Source: a virus
Length of the DNA: 64,000 nucleotides
Reading direction: 5' to 3' (one strand)
IMG/VR virus record: IMGVR_UViG_3300021138_001972
Location: 1 to 64,000 of that record
This document shows positions 19,157 through 28,119 of this stretch, in pieces. The notes beneath the pieces were generated by a model. That model made no database searches. It saw only the letters and a list, made by a program, of their open reading frames with translations, and was not told where the DNA came from. A program made the position numbers and the translations under genes. How positions within the stretch are numbered: position 1 is the first letter of the stretch; each line of letters starts with the position of its first letter.

Positions 19157-20248
19157 TTAGAAGAGATCCACGATCTCCCAGGGCAGTCCGGCCTTGCCAA
19201 AATGTCCATAGTTGGTTGTGCTGCTGTAGATCGGGCGGAACAGATTGAATCGGTTGATGATGCCCAGTGGTGTGAGATCAACATTGTCCTTGATCCATGC
19301 TGTGAGTGCACGGCTGTCACCATTGCTCTCCACATAGAAACTCATGGGCTGAGCCAGACCGATGGCATAGCTGATTTGCACGGTGGCCCAATCGGCACGC
19401 CCGCTGGCCACGATGTTCTTGGCGAGATAACGCATCATATATGCAGCAGACCTATCAACCTTGGTTGGGTCTTTGCCACTAAATGCACCGCCACCGTGCG
19501 GCGCACTACCGCCGTAGGTATCAACAATGATCTTGCGACCAGTCAGACCAGTATCGCCATCTGGACCACCAATAACAAAACGTCCAGTGGGATTGATATG
19601 GAATTCTGTGCCTGTGTCAACCAAACGATCAGGCAGCACACTGCGTATAAGTTGTTCTACTCGTGTACGAACGGTGTAAATGTCTGTGCCTTCACTGTGT
19701 TGGGTAGAGCAAACTACCTTGTCAATACGAAATGGTTTGCTATCATCGTTGTACTCGACAGTGATCTGACTCTTGGCATCTGGTCCAAGCCAATCACTAC
19801 CACTCTTGCGATGTTCCGTCAGTTTTTTGACAACTTCGTGACTGTAATGGATAGCACTGGGCATGAAATTATCTGTCTCATTGGTAGCATAACCAAACAT
19901 CAAGCCTTGATCGCCAGCGCCAAACGTATCGGTACCTAGCGCAATGTCAGCACTTTGTCCATGCATTAGATTGAGGATTTCCACTGTGCGCCAACTAAAA
20001 CCACTTTGTTCGTAGCCAATATCACGAATGGTATTGATCACAGTTGCCTCAACCACATGGCGGTCAAGTTCACCTTTATATTCACCTGCAACAACTACCT
20101 TATTGGTAGTGACAAGTGTCTCGCAAGCACAGCGATAGGATTTATCTTGCGGTGCCATCATCAAATCCAGAACCGCATCACTGATTGCATCTGCTACCTT
20201 GTCTGGATGACCTTCTGATACGGATTCGCTGGTGAATAGATAGGACAT
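19157..20248 (-). CDS. metK: S-adenosylmethionine synthetase
   Basis: FTSESVSEGHPDK, GAGDQG, GLTGRKI, GGGAFSGKDPTKVDRS; real start ATG 20248 after AGGAG. Confidence 0.97.
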   Translation of the reverse strand: MSYLFTSESVSEGHPDKVADAISDAVLDLMMAPQDKSYRCACETLVTTNKVVVAGEYKGELDRHVVEATVINTIRDIGYEQSGFSWRTVEILNLMHGQSADIALGTDTFGAGDQGLMFGYATNETDNFMPSAIHYSHEVVKKLTEHRKSGSDWLGPDAKSQITVEYNDDSKPFRIDKVVCSTQHSEGTDIYTVRTRVEQLIRSVLPDRLVDTGTEFHINPTGRFVIGGPDGDTGLTGRKIIVDTYGGSAPHGGGAFSGKDPTKVDRSAAYMMRYLAKNIVASGRADWATVQISYAIGLAQPMSFYVESNGDSRALTAWIKDNVDLTPLGIINRFNLFRPIYSSTTNYGHFGKAGLPWEIVDLF

Positions 20249-20393
20249 GCTGTATAGCTCCTGTTGTGTGTCACAAGTATTATGTGACATGCCAACTAAA
20301 GCAATTACCATGTAAAACTTTGCAAGAATTCTTTATTCATGGATGGCACCACGAGTAAATTTACAAAAATATGCTGTTGAAATAATTGATTTT

Positions 20394-21392
20394 TTATGGC
20401 TTGATCACGTACCATATATTGGCTCGCAGGAATAATGTGACACCCAGCTGCTCTGCCAATCTATCTGCTTCGCCCTTAACATCTATCCAGGTATTGCTGG
20501 TGTAGTCATGTCCTGCGATGATGCCTCCGCTCTTGACTTTGGGCACCCAGAATGCTAGATTATCTCTGAGCTGTGGATTTTCATGTGCGCTGTCCTCAAA
20601 AATAAAGTCCACGGGTTCAGTCCACCAGCCCAGATCGTATGGGCTATCAAACGCCAGCAATCTTGCTGCCGGATAGGGTTTCAAAATCTGGCTCGCATAG
20701 TCAAAGGTGCGAGCATGTTCATCTATACCATGCTGCTGCCTTATCCAGCTCAGTGCCCATTCGCTGCAATCATCTCCGTATTTCCAACCATTGTCAATGC
20801 AGTACAATCGCTTGATTCTGGGAGCATTCTGCATGATGCTGAGTGCGCTGCCGCCCAGCCGCGAGCCGATCTCTACTGCTATAGCATTCGCTGGCAGCTG
20901 CTGTGCCAAGCTGATCAGAGCATCTTGATCGTTATCCCAGAGCATGCTGGGATATCGCGAGTTGCCAACTGGTTTTCTTTCATAGCTTATTGGTTCTGGC
21001 ATGGGAGGAACACCGCTGACGCAGTGCTGCAGATCTAGCCTGCCTTCCAGCACGTCCACAGCCACAGCATACGGGATCTCTAGCTGCGAAATGCTGGGAT
21101 CGTATGATGTATCTATGCGAGCAAATCCAACTTCTAACACAGTGCCATTGGTGTGCAAGGTAGCCCAGGCTGTTGATCCGCCTGGTAGCTGAGGTTGCAC
21201 GGGTGCTGCTGCAGGCAGCGTGTTAATGGCCACACTGAGGCAGTGCTGCAGATCTATGTTGCCATTGCGCACAGCAAACGCTATATCGTCAGGTATCTCT
21301 ACCTGTGTGATGTTCTTGCTTACTAGATGTTCTGTCTTGTTAAATCCAACTGCCAGCACAGTACCGTCAGTGAGCAATGTCACCCATGCCAT
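20394..21392 (-). CDS. Class I SAM-dependent methyltransferase (Methyltransf_24-like) with duplicated N-terminal domain
   Basis: VEIGSRLGGS, DFIFEDSAH, GGIIAGHDY. Confidence 0.85.
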   Translation of the reverse strand: MAWVTLLTDGTVLAVGFNKTEHLVSKNITQVEIPDDIAFAVRNGNIDLQHCLSVAINTLPAAAPVQPQLPGGSTAWATLHTNGTVLEVGFARIDTSYDPSISQLEIPYAVAVDVLEGRLDLQHCVSGVPPMPEPISYERKPVGNSRYPSMLWDNDQDALISLAQQLPANAIAVEIGSRLGGSALSIMQNAPRIKRLYCIDNGWKYGDDCSEWALSWIRQQHGIDEHARTFDYASQILKPYPAARLLAFDSPYDLGWWTEPVDFIFEDSAHENPQLRDNLAFWVPKVKSGGIIAGHDYTSNTWIDVKGEADRLAEQLGVTLFLRANIWYVIKP

Positions 21393-22042
21393 GGTAATAT
21401 CCCCTGTTTATCAATGTCGGCTGCAGTAGGGAACAGCACCGTGGTCACGAACTGCTCGGCTAATTCATCGCCCAGGAGGTTCTTTATTGCTCGCAGGGTG
21501 TGTTCATTCTTGCGCTGTTGCATGCAGTAATTATCCTGCGCTGCTACTATAGATTCCTGCTGTGGGCCACTGTCAAATCTCATCAATCCTTGCAGATAGC
21601 CAGCTAGGCATCTCACAGCAGCATCACCAATCTCTGGCAGCTGCTCTGGCGTGGGTCGACAGGCAACCCAGTGCTCGCTGAATATATCGCCCCACTCTGG
21701 ACGATCTCTGTTAACCAAGCCAGCAATGGTGTTGAAAGGTACTGTGGGCTGCACCGTGGGGCTGAGGTCCCAGAACAACCCGGTTATCTTGCTTTCTCCC
21801 GCTATGGCATCGAATCCAAATATTGGACTGGGATCGTTGTATGCAGGAAAGACACAGCAGTGGACTACCATGAACCGATCACGGTTGAATATCTCTACAT
21901 GCGCCATGCGGAACGTGGAATGCGACCAACGATGGTTAAGCCATCCGTAATCTTTGGTTGGAATGGGCACACATTGTTTTAATTCTGTTATGGTTGCACA
22001 GAAGCGCTGTGCAAGTTCATCCAAATAGGTTATACAGTTCAT
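21380..22042 (-). CDS. Ferredoxin-dependent bilin reductase (PcyA/PcyX-like)
   Basis: FRMAHVE, HCCVFP, PIFGFD, DLSP, PEWGDIFS, QQRKNEHT; lies downstream of heme oxygenase; start taken at ATG 22042. Confidence 0.85.
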   Translation of the reverse strand: MNCITYLDELAQRFCATITELKQCVPIPTKDYGWLNHRWSHSTFRMAHVEIFNRDRFMVVHCCVFPAYNDPSPIFGFDAIAGESKITGLFWDLSPTVQPTVPFNTIAGLVNRDRPEWGDIFSEHWVACRPTPEQLPEIGDAAVRCLAGYLQGLMRFDSGPQQESIVAAQDNYCMQQRKNEHTLRAIKNLLGDELAEQFVTTVLFPTAADIDKQGILPWHG

Positions 22043-22526
22043 CGTATACCCGTATGGTCCATTCAAACGCTGTGTTGGCTTCTGCGGCACTGACATTGCC
22101 AAGGTTGGCTCTCACGTAGTCTATGCAGCCCTTGAGGTCATTGAACAGCAGATGCGTGTGCTGTCCAGGCAGTCGCCTGCCAATCAGCTGCCCGCCATGC
22201 ATGTTGCCTAGATAGTGCACATAGATGTGAGCCCAGCGAGCATCATCATCCAGTGTCTCGAGGTAGCGTGTGTAGTACACTGTGCTCAGCGTGAGACCGT
22301 GTGTGGTGCCACCTAGCGCATCCAGATCAGCCTGTACCAAGCTGGCACGCAGCACTTCTGGTTTGGCGATCAAACCTGTGCGTTCCAGTTCAGTGTAGAT
22401 TGGCAGCATGTTGTACAGCATGGCAGCATATTGTTCGATGCGCATGTCGCCGCCGATCATCATCTGTGACCAGCGAGTCTTTTCTGCAGCTTGGTGATTG
22501 TCTCTGACTGCTTCTCTGAGATCCAT
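22017..22526 (-). CDS. Heme oxygenase (HemO-like)
   Basis: LRE...HQAAE proximal His; AHIYVHYLGNMHGGQ distal helix. Confidence 0.9.
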   Translation of the reverse strand: MDLREAVRDNHQAAEKTRWSQMMIGGDMRIEQYAAMLYNMLPIYTELERTGLIAKPEVLRASLVQADLDALGGTTHGLTLSTVYYTRYLETLDDDARWAHIYVHYLGNMHGGQLIGRRLPGQHTHLLFNDLKGCIDYVRANLGNVSAAEANTAFEWTIRVYDELYNLFG

Positions 22527-22528
22527 GA

Positions 22529-23104
22529 TTACCTCCGTGTGATCTGGAGGTCCAATCCTTCCAGCACATTCATCAGTGTATGGAATCTTTCACGTTCTGT
22601 CACTCTGTATGATTCTGGGAGGTTCTCCCAGGGCTGCAGCATGGGATGCTTGCGGTTCTTGCCGTCCAGCTTGTGAGCAAAGCTCCAGCCCTCGTTGACC
22701 TTGGTAGCATGCCATGTGTTGTGGTACTGCTTGGCAGCTGCTTCTGCGATCTCAGCCAGCAAATCTGCCTGCTGTGTTTCAACTCTGCTCTCTGCCACAG
22801 CTCGCTGTGTCCAGTTGATCACAAAGTCGCCATCTGGGTAAGCATCGCTCCAACCCTGTGCTATGGCATCTGCTTCTGATTCTTCCAGATCGCGTCCCAG
22901 TGGCACTATGTAGTGATAACCAGTGCTGCCGTGCTCACACCATAGCTTGCTGTACATACTCTCACGTCCATTCATCAGCTGAGCTGCAGTTGTTATGCCA
23001 GGCGGGCCGTGATCGCGAACCGTGCGTGCCCAGAGTCCTGCTGTGCCCTTGGGCAAGCGTGCTGCGGTCTTGACTTCTATGCTGTGTTTGGCTGTGTGAC
23101 GCAT
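22529..23104 (-). CDS. RyR-repeat domain protein
   Basis: HNTW..K..EGWS....KHPMLQPWENLPE matches the RyR repeat; TAAATA 4 nt before ATG 23104. Confidence 0.75.
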   Translation of the reverse strand: MRHTAKHSIEVKTAARLPKGTAGLWARTVRDHGPPGITTAAQLMNGRESMYSKLWCEHGSTGYHYIVPLGRDLEESEADAIAQGWSDAYPDGDFVINWTQRAVAESRVETQQADLLAEIAEAAAKQYHNTWHATKVNEGWSFAHKLDGKNRKHPMLQPWENLPESYRVTERERFHTLMNVLEGLDLQITRR

Positions 23105-23183
23105 GTGATATTTATGGTCTGCGGTACCACATATTGGCAAGGTAAATATTTGTTCATATACTGTTCATATAAGGGAGGCAAGA

Positions 23184-23405
23184 ATGCAGCATAAGATATC
23201 AGATCTCACACGCAAGATCAGTGTGATGTACGACCTCAGCCTCAGACTGCACAGGCTCAAGTACGACACGCCTGCGCATGCGCAGGATCACATATTGATC
23301 AATAATCTGGTGGCTGACATACAGGCTATAGCTGGTGACATCTATAATGATCGCAGTCCTTACCCGCGCCACATAGACGTTGATTTTGAAACGTCTGCAG
23401 TCTGA
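23184..23405 (+). CDS. Hypothetical protein
   Basis: 73 aa; GGGAGG SD. Confidence 0.7.
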   Translation: MQHKISDLTRKISVMYDLSLRLHRLKYDTPAHAQDHILINNLVADIQAIAGDIYNDRSPYPRHIDVDFETSAV

Positions 23406-23461
23406 GTGCGCCTTGGTAATTTTGTTATGATTTTGTCATGGTTGAGCAATTAAATAGTCAC

Positions 23462-23575
23462 ATGAACGACAGTAATGCCAACGTAGCCGTGTCAAGTGTA
23501 TCTGTGGACGTGGAACAGATGACAGCCGCTGACCAAACCAGGTTGATGTTGCTGTTGCTTGATGACCTGCTGTGA
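23462..23575 (+). CDS. 37-aa acidic peptide (not in ORF track)
   Basis: TAAATA-5 nt-ATG; MNDSNANVAVSSVSVDVEQMTAADQTRLMLLLLDDLL. Confidence 0.55.
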   Translation: MNDSNANVAVSSVSVDVEQMTAADQTRLMLLLLDDLL

Positions 23576-23593
23576 TGGAGAATAAATATCGCC

Positions 23594-24085
23594 ATGGGAT
23601 TCGGATTTAGGATAGCACTGCTCAACCTCATACTGCTGCTGTGTAGCCTTGGTGCCTTCTATTGGTATTACAACGATGTACAAGCCAGGGTACAGGGACT
23701 GATGGATGAGAAAGCCAGGCTTACCGTACAGGTAGCCGAGCAGAAGCAGGCCATAGACACCCTGCAGGCACATGCAGCTGCACAAGCACAGCAGGTAACT
23801 GAACTACAGCAAGGTCTCAACGAAGCCACGCAGGCACGCAGGGATCTGGAGAACAAGTTCAACAACCGCGACATTGCACAGTGGGGTAGACAGGATGCCC
23901 AGCAGCTGGAAGATCACATGAACACAGCCACTCAGCGAGTGTTCCAAGATCTCGAGACTACCACTGGTGCCAAGCCTAGTAATAAACCGCTGCCTGCACC
24001 CAGCAAGGCGCAGGTCAAGAACGCACCAAAGAAACCGGGCACAGTAGAGCCCTTCAAGCAATTGGATGGAGTCAATGCTCAATAA
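23594..24085 (+). CDS. Inner-membrane spanin (Rz-like)
   Basis: N-terminal TM segment then a long coiled coil; followed by a lipoprotein gene. Confidence 0.75.
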   Translation: MGFGFRIALLNLILLLCSLGAFYWYYNDVQARVQGLMDEKARLTVQVAEQKQAIDTLQAHAAAQAQQVTELQQGLNEATQARRDLENKFNNRDIAQWGRQDAQQLEDHMNTATQRVFQDLETTTGAKPSNKPLPAPSKAQVKNAPKKPGTVEPFKQLDGVNAQ

Positions 24086-24428
24086 GCTATCATTACTGAT
24101 ACTCGCAGCTCTGCCACTGGCTGCTTGCCAAACAACCACAGTGGAAACCAAACCCGTGCAGCTGACCATCATACAGCCTGTAGATCCTCAGCCAGTTGAT
24201 CTGCTCAACGTGCATGTGAACGTGGTTACCAAGGGCAATGTCAATGATTTCATTGCCAAGGCCGCCACGGATCAAGGCACAGATAATCCAGTGTTCGTGG
24301 TGTTGGGTACCAAGGATTATCAAGCGCTTAGCTTGAACATTGCTGAACTCAAACGTTACATAGAGCAGGAACAAAAAATCATAGCGTACTACCGCAAGGC
24401 TACTGCCCAGGCTGCACCTGCTAATTAA
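24075..24428 (+). CDS. Outer-membrane spanin lipoprotein (Rz1-like)
   Basis: Signal peptide with lipobox LAAC; Pro-rich; overlaps the i-spanin end; GGAG before ATG 24075. Confidence 0.75.
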   Translation: MLNKLSLLILAALPLAACQTTTVETKPVQLTIIQPVDPQPVDLLNVHVNVVTKGNVNDFIAKAATDQGTDNPVFVVLGTKDYQALSLNIAELKRYIEQEQKIIAYYRKATAQAAPAN

Positions 24429-24435
24429 ACGAAAA

Positions 24436-24443
24436 TATAAATA
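24436..24443 (+). promoter_or_regulatory. T4-type late promoter TATAAATA
   Basis: Exact consensus upstream of the holin-like gene. Confidence 0.7.
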
Positions 24444-24466
24444 TCTCCGTAATAGCACGGAGCAAC

Positions 24467-25405
24467 TTGATGATCAAGAGACTGGGTCCAGATGATGAGG
24501 CCACGGCTGCCAAACAACCCAAGGCTATAGATGGCCTGCAGTTTGATAGCGATGACGATGGTAGCGATGATAACTTTGCTAACATCGGAGGCACAACTGC
24601 GCCGTCTGCTGCACCGTCTAGTAACACTGCAACCACAACCAATACCAGCACTAACATAACCATCAACACTGCCCCAGCCACAGCAGCACCAGGTATGGTC
24701 CCAGGCATGTCTCAACCCGGAATGGTCGGCGGCACTGCGCAACCAGGCATGGTAGGTGGCATGACCCCTGGTATCAGCGGAATGGCTCAGCCTGGCATGA
24801 TGGGCAGTATGAGCATGACAGCTGCACCTCCTCCGCCCCTGGCGCCGGCGGCTGCTCCTGGTACGCAAGCATTCGGTGGTGCGACAGCAGCAGGTGGGTC
24901 AGTCACAGCCAGCACAGAGTACGAGATAGCAGGACCGATCACCAATGCCATTGGCGCCAGTGATCTCGGTGCTATAGCAGATGTTGACAAGCAGATAGTG
25001 CATCGCAAGATGCTGCTGGAAGAAGCCCGCTTCCAGTTAGAAGAAGAACGTGAACGCCATCGCATGAAGATGGAGCTGCGCAAGGAACAGTTCCGCGAGG
25101 ATGAATTGCGCAGGGATGAGGAAAAGGAAGACAACAAGGAAGGTGAGCATTGGATGAAAGCCTATTGGCGTCCTGCCATGGGCTGGCTGTATATGGTCAT
25201 CTGCATGTTTGATTTCATCATAGCACCCATGCTCAGCATGGCTATGCCATTGTTTCTCAAATATCTAGGTGCTGCTACCGTTGCCTACACGCAGTGGCAA
25301 AGCCTTACGCTCAGCAATGGTGGATTGATCCACTTGGCATTTGGTGCTATCCTTGGCGTGACTGCCTGGACCCGAGGTCAGGAAAAGATAGCCAAGATGG
25401 GTTAA
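24467..25405 (+). CDS. Holin-like protein (GTA 3TM holin family) with long low-complexity N-terminus
   Basis: WRPAMGWLY..ICMFDFIIAP and LIHLAFGAILGVTAWTRGQEK; adjacent to the spanins. Confidence 0.75.
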   Translation: MMIKRLGPDDEATAAKQPKAIDGLQFDSDDDGSDDNFANIGGTTAPSAAPSSNTATTTNTSTNITINTAPATAAPGMVPGMSQPGMVGGTAQPGMVGGMTPGISGMAQPGMMGSMSMTAAPPPPLAPAAAPGTQAFGGATAAGGSVTASTEYEIAGPITNAIGASDLGAIADVDKQIVHRKMLLEEARFQLEEERERHRMKMELRKEQFREDELRRDEEKEDNKEGEHWMKAYWRPAMGWLYMVICMFDFIIAPMLSMAMPLFLKYLGAATVAYTQWQSLTLSNGGLIHLAFGAILGVTAWTRGQEKIAKMG

Positions 25406-26877
25406 TCCCTGCAGAATACAGGGATACCGTACTCACTGGTAAATGCTTCTGCATCTGACTCTGAGTTGACCAGGGGCTGACCTTTTATGTTCAAGCTGGT
25501 ATTGACCAGCATGGGACATTCAGTCATGTTGTACCAACGCACCAACAGCTCCCAGAGTTTGGGATGCTGATGCCGGCCCACTGTCTGCAGCCTGCTGGTA
25601 CCATCCACATGCACGATGCCAGGAAACTGCTCAGGACTCTTGCAGCGCACGGTGTACTGCATGTAGCTATGATCCTGTCCCAGAATATCAAAGTAGCTGC
25701 CTGCCAGTTCTTCCAGTATCACTGGTGCGAACGGTCTGAAGCTCTCGCGCTTCTTGGCAGCATTCATCTTGTGCTTGATGTCTGGATCTCTGGGATCTCC
25801 CAGCAGGCTGCGGTTACCCAGCGCACGCGGGCCGAACTCTGCACGACCGTTGGCTATGCCGACCAGCTGTCCCATGCCCAGCACTGACAGCGCACGCTGC
25901 ACAGGATAGTCACCCGTGATGTTGTGGCCAAGATAGGGTCCGGTCCATTTGGTGTGCTCGCCATGGTAGGCCAGTGCTGCACCGAGGCTGTTGCCAGCAT
26001 CGCCGGGATTTGGCATGATCCACACGCGGTCCCAGATATTGCTGTATACCAGCATGCTGTTGGTCACGCAGTTCAACGCACAGCCGCCGCTGAGCACCAA
26101 GTTGTTGCTGCCCACGAGGTCGCGAGCATAGGCACAGATGCTGACCATGATGGTGGTGAATATCTGCTGTGCCGCAGCAGCGATGTCTGCTGCATTGGTC
26201 TCTTCAGGCAGCCACCATGCGCAGCCTCTGTGCAGGTTGTGCCGCAGCTTGAAGAAAGGCCAGCTGGCTGTGACTTCTATGAGGTCATCGCGCATCTGCT
26301 GCGCCAGCCGCTGCGGATCTCCCAGTGCTGCCAGGCCCATCATGATGTATTCTTCTTCGTTAGGTTTGAAACCGCAGCGCTGTGTCATAGCACTGTAGAA
26401 CAGCCCGAGGCTGTTGGGATAGCTGATGCTGGCACGCTTGTAGATCTCACTGTCACGACCTTCCCAGATGCTGAGCGTGTCCCATTCGCCTATGGCATCA
26501 ACTACCACGATGGCAGCGTCCCCGAAGCCACTGGTATAGAAACCACCGGCTGCATGGCTGTGATGATGGCTCACGGTCTTGATAGGAATGTGCTCGAGAA
26601 AGTTACCCTTGAGCTGTTTGCGTATGCTGGGTCCAAATGCGTCATCCCACTGCCCAGTATAGGCAGCGCGAGTCCTCAGCAGCCATGGTTTCTCATGCCA
26701 TATCAACAGATCTGGTTCGCCGTGTGTGAATGCTTCTCTGATCAGAGGCCAGCAGAGATTGGGATCGTTCTTGGATCTGCTGTAGCGCTCGGCATGTGCA
26801 GCAAACGCTATCTCGCCATTGCGTAACACGCTAACTGCTGCATCGTGCCCGCCTGCTGATATGCCCCAGATTATCAT
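25402..26877 (-). CDS. Carbamoyltransferase (NodU/CmcH/TobZ family)
   Basis: HDAA, ERYSRSKND, HHHSHAA, DAIGE, GGCALNC, EFGPRALGNRS, RPFAP, NTSLN. Confidence 0.95.
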   Translation of the reverse strand: MIIWGISAGGHDAAVSVLRNGEIAFAAHAERYSRSKNDPNLCWPLIREAFTHGEPDLLIWHEKPWLLRTRAAYTGQWDDAFGPSIRKQLKGNFLEHIPIKTVSHHHSHAAGGFYTSGFGDAAIVVVDAIGEWDTLSIWEGRDSEIYKRASISYPNSLGLFYSAMTQRCGFKPNEEEYIMMGLAALGDPQRLAQQMRDDLIEVTASWPFFKLRHNLHRGCAWWLPEETNAADIAAAAQQIFTTIMVSICAYARDLVGSNNLVLSGGCALNCVTNSMLVYSNIWDRVWIMPNPGDAGNSLGAALAYHGEHTKWTGPYLGHNITGDYPVQRALSVLGMGQLVGIANGRAEFGPRALGNRSLLGDPRDPDIKHKMNAAKKRESFRPFAPVILEELAGSYFDILGQDHSYMQYTVRCKSPEQFPGIVHVDGTSRLQTVGRHQHPKLWELLVRWYNMTECPMLVNTSLNIKGQPLVNSESDAEAFTSEYGIPVFCRD

Positions 26878-26916
26878 TTTTCTCTCACTGCGTTTTTTAT
26901 TATGTAAGTATACTGC

Positions 26917-28119
26917 ATGAACAAGATATATCTACTATACCATAGCCTATTTCAAGGCGTGCCAAGTTTAAACTGGCTACCCGCTCATATCGAGATGGAT
27001 GGTACTGAATTACACGAGGGACTCTGTCACGATCCTCTGTTTGAGTTCAAGGACATATCTAAAGTCGCTTCGCAAGATAACTGGTTATATGAGCTAAACT
27101 ATTTTTTCACACCTCAGGATTTTACAGATGACTGTACCATACTAGATAGAATAGTACATGATCAAAAATTAATGGAAGGTTTGCATCAAGGCAAGGGCAA
27201 AGTCTTGGTCAATCTCATGCATGAAGGATATTTTCCAGAACTCGTTGAACAGATGATTGGATTCTTACGCAGCAAAAACATACCGGATAATGCAGTGATA
27301 TGCGCGTCTGGCGCTGCCAATGCGGCAGACATATTCCCTGCACGAGGTATGATATACCAGACTATTTCAACTAGATATTTTGAAAGCAGAAGCACTAGAT
27401 GGATAAAGTGGGGAAATTTCTCTAGACAGCTTCGATCAAATGTTTCACGTAGATTTATCTGTTTCAATCGGCGTTTTCGATCACACAGATTACAGTTATT
27501 GGCATATCTACATGAAGCAGATGTGTTAGACCAATTCTATATAAGTTTTGGTCGCAGCGTGGAGGGTCTGGATGCCAAGCAGAGCGCAAGAGATTTTTGT
27601 AGAGATTTACCAGATGTGGAAAAAGTGATTAAGAACATTGATGCACTGTATGATAGATTGCCTTTCATCTTGGACAACAGTGTGTTAGATTACAATCTAG
27701 TAGATGAACACTTCAACAAAAACGTATTGCAGCTATATGCAGATAGCGGTATCAGTGTCATTTCAGAGACTCTGTTCCACACAGATTCCATCTTCCACTC
27801 AGAAAAAACCTATCATCCCATGCGCTATTGCCAACCTTTCATAATGGTCAATGCATCAGGCAGCTTAGCAACATTGCGCAGGGACGGTTATCGCACGTTT
27901 GGCGATTTCTGGGATGAAAGCTACGACGATATCAAGGATCACCATGCACGCATGCAGGCTATCATACAGCTGATTAAAGAAATAGCAGCTTGGTCAGATT
28001 CAAAATTTAAACAGTTTTTGATAGATAGCAGAGAGATCTGTTTGCACAATCTTCGCCTGCTTGAATCATGCCACGATCGCCTTGATTATATTGCTGATAT
28101 TTCTAAGATATTTGATTAA
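26917..28119 (+). CDS. Uncharacterised GT-like family protein, paralog 1 (antisense to its neighbours)
   Basis: C-terminal SVISET..SEKT..P...PF..TF..FWDESYD block shared with 31246-32457 and 34471-35730. Confidence 0.7.
   Translation: MNKIYLLYHSLFQGVPSLNWLPAHIEMDGTELHEGLCHDPLFEFKDISKVASQDNWLYELNYFFTPQDFTDDCTILDRIVHDQKLMEGLHQGKGKVLVNLMHEGYFPELVEQMIGFLRSKNIPDNAVICASGAANAADIFPARGMIYQTISTRYFESRSTRWIKWGNFSRQLRSNVSRRFICFNRRFRSHRLQLLAYLHEADVLDQFYISFGRSVEGLDAKQSARDFCRDLPDVEKVIKNIDALYDRLPFILDNSVLDYNLVDEHFNKNVLQLYADSGISVISETLFHTDSIFHSEKTYHPMRYCQPFIMVNASGSLATLRRDGYRTFGDFWDESYDDIKDHHARMQAIIQLIKEIAAWSDSKFKQFLIDSREICLHNLRLLESCHDRLDYIADISKIFD

Noticed and set aside
20249-20393. SAM riboswitch upstream of metK
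   Set aside because: No recognisable SAM-I/II/V core by eye; only a short inverted repeat is present. An Rfam scan would settle it.
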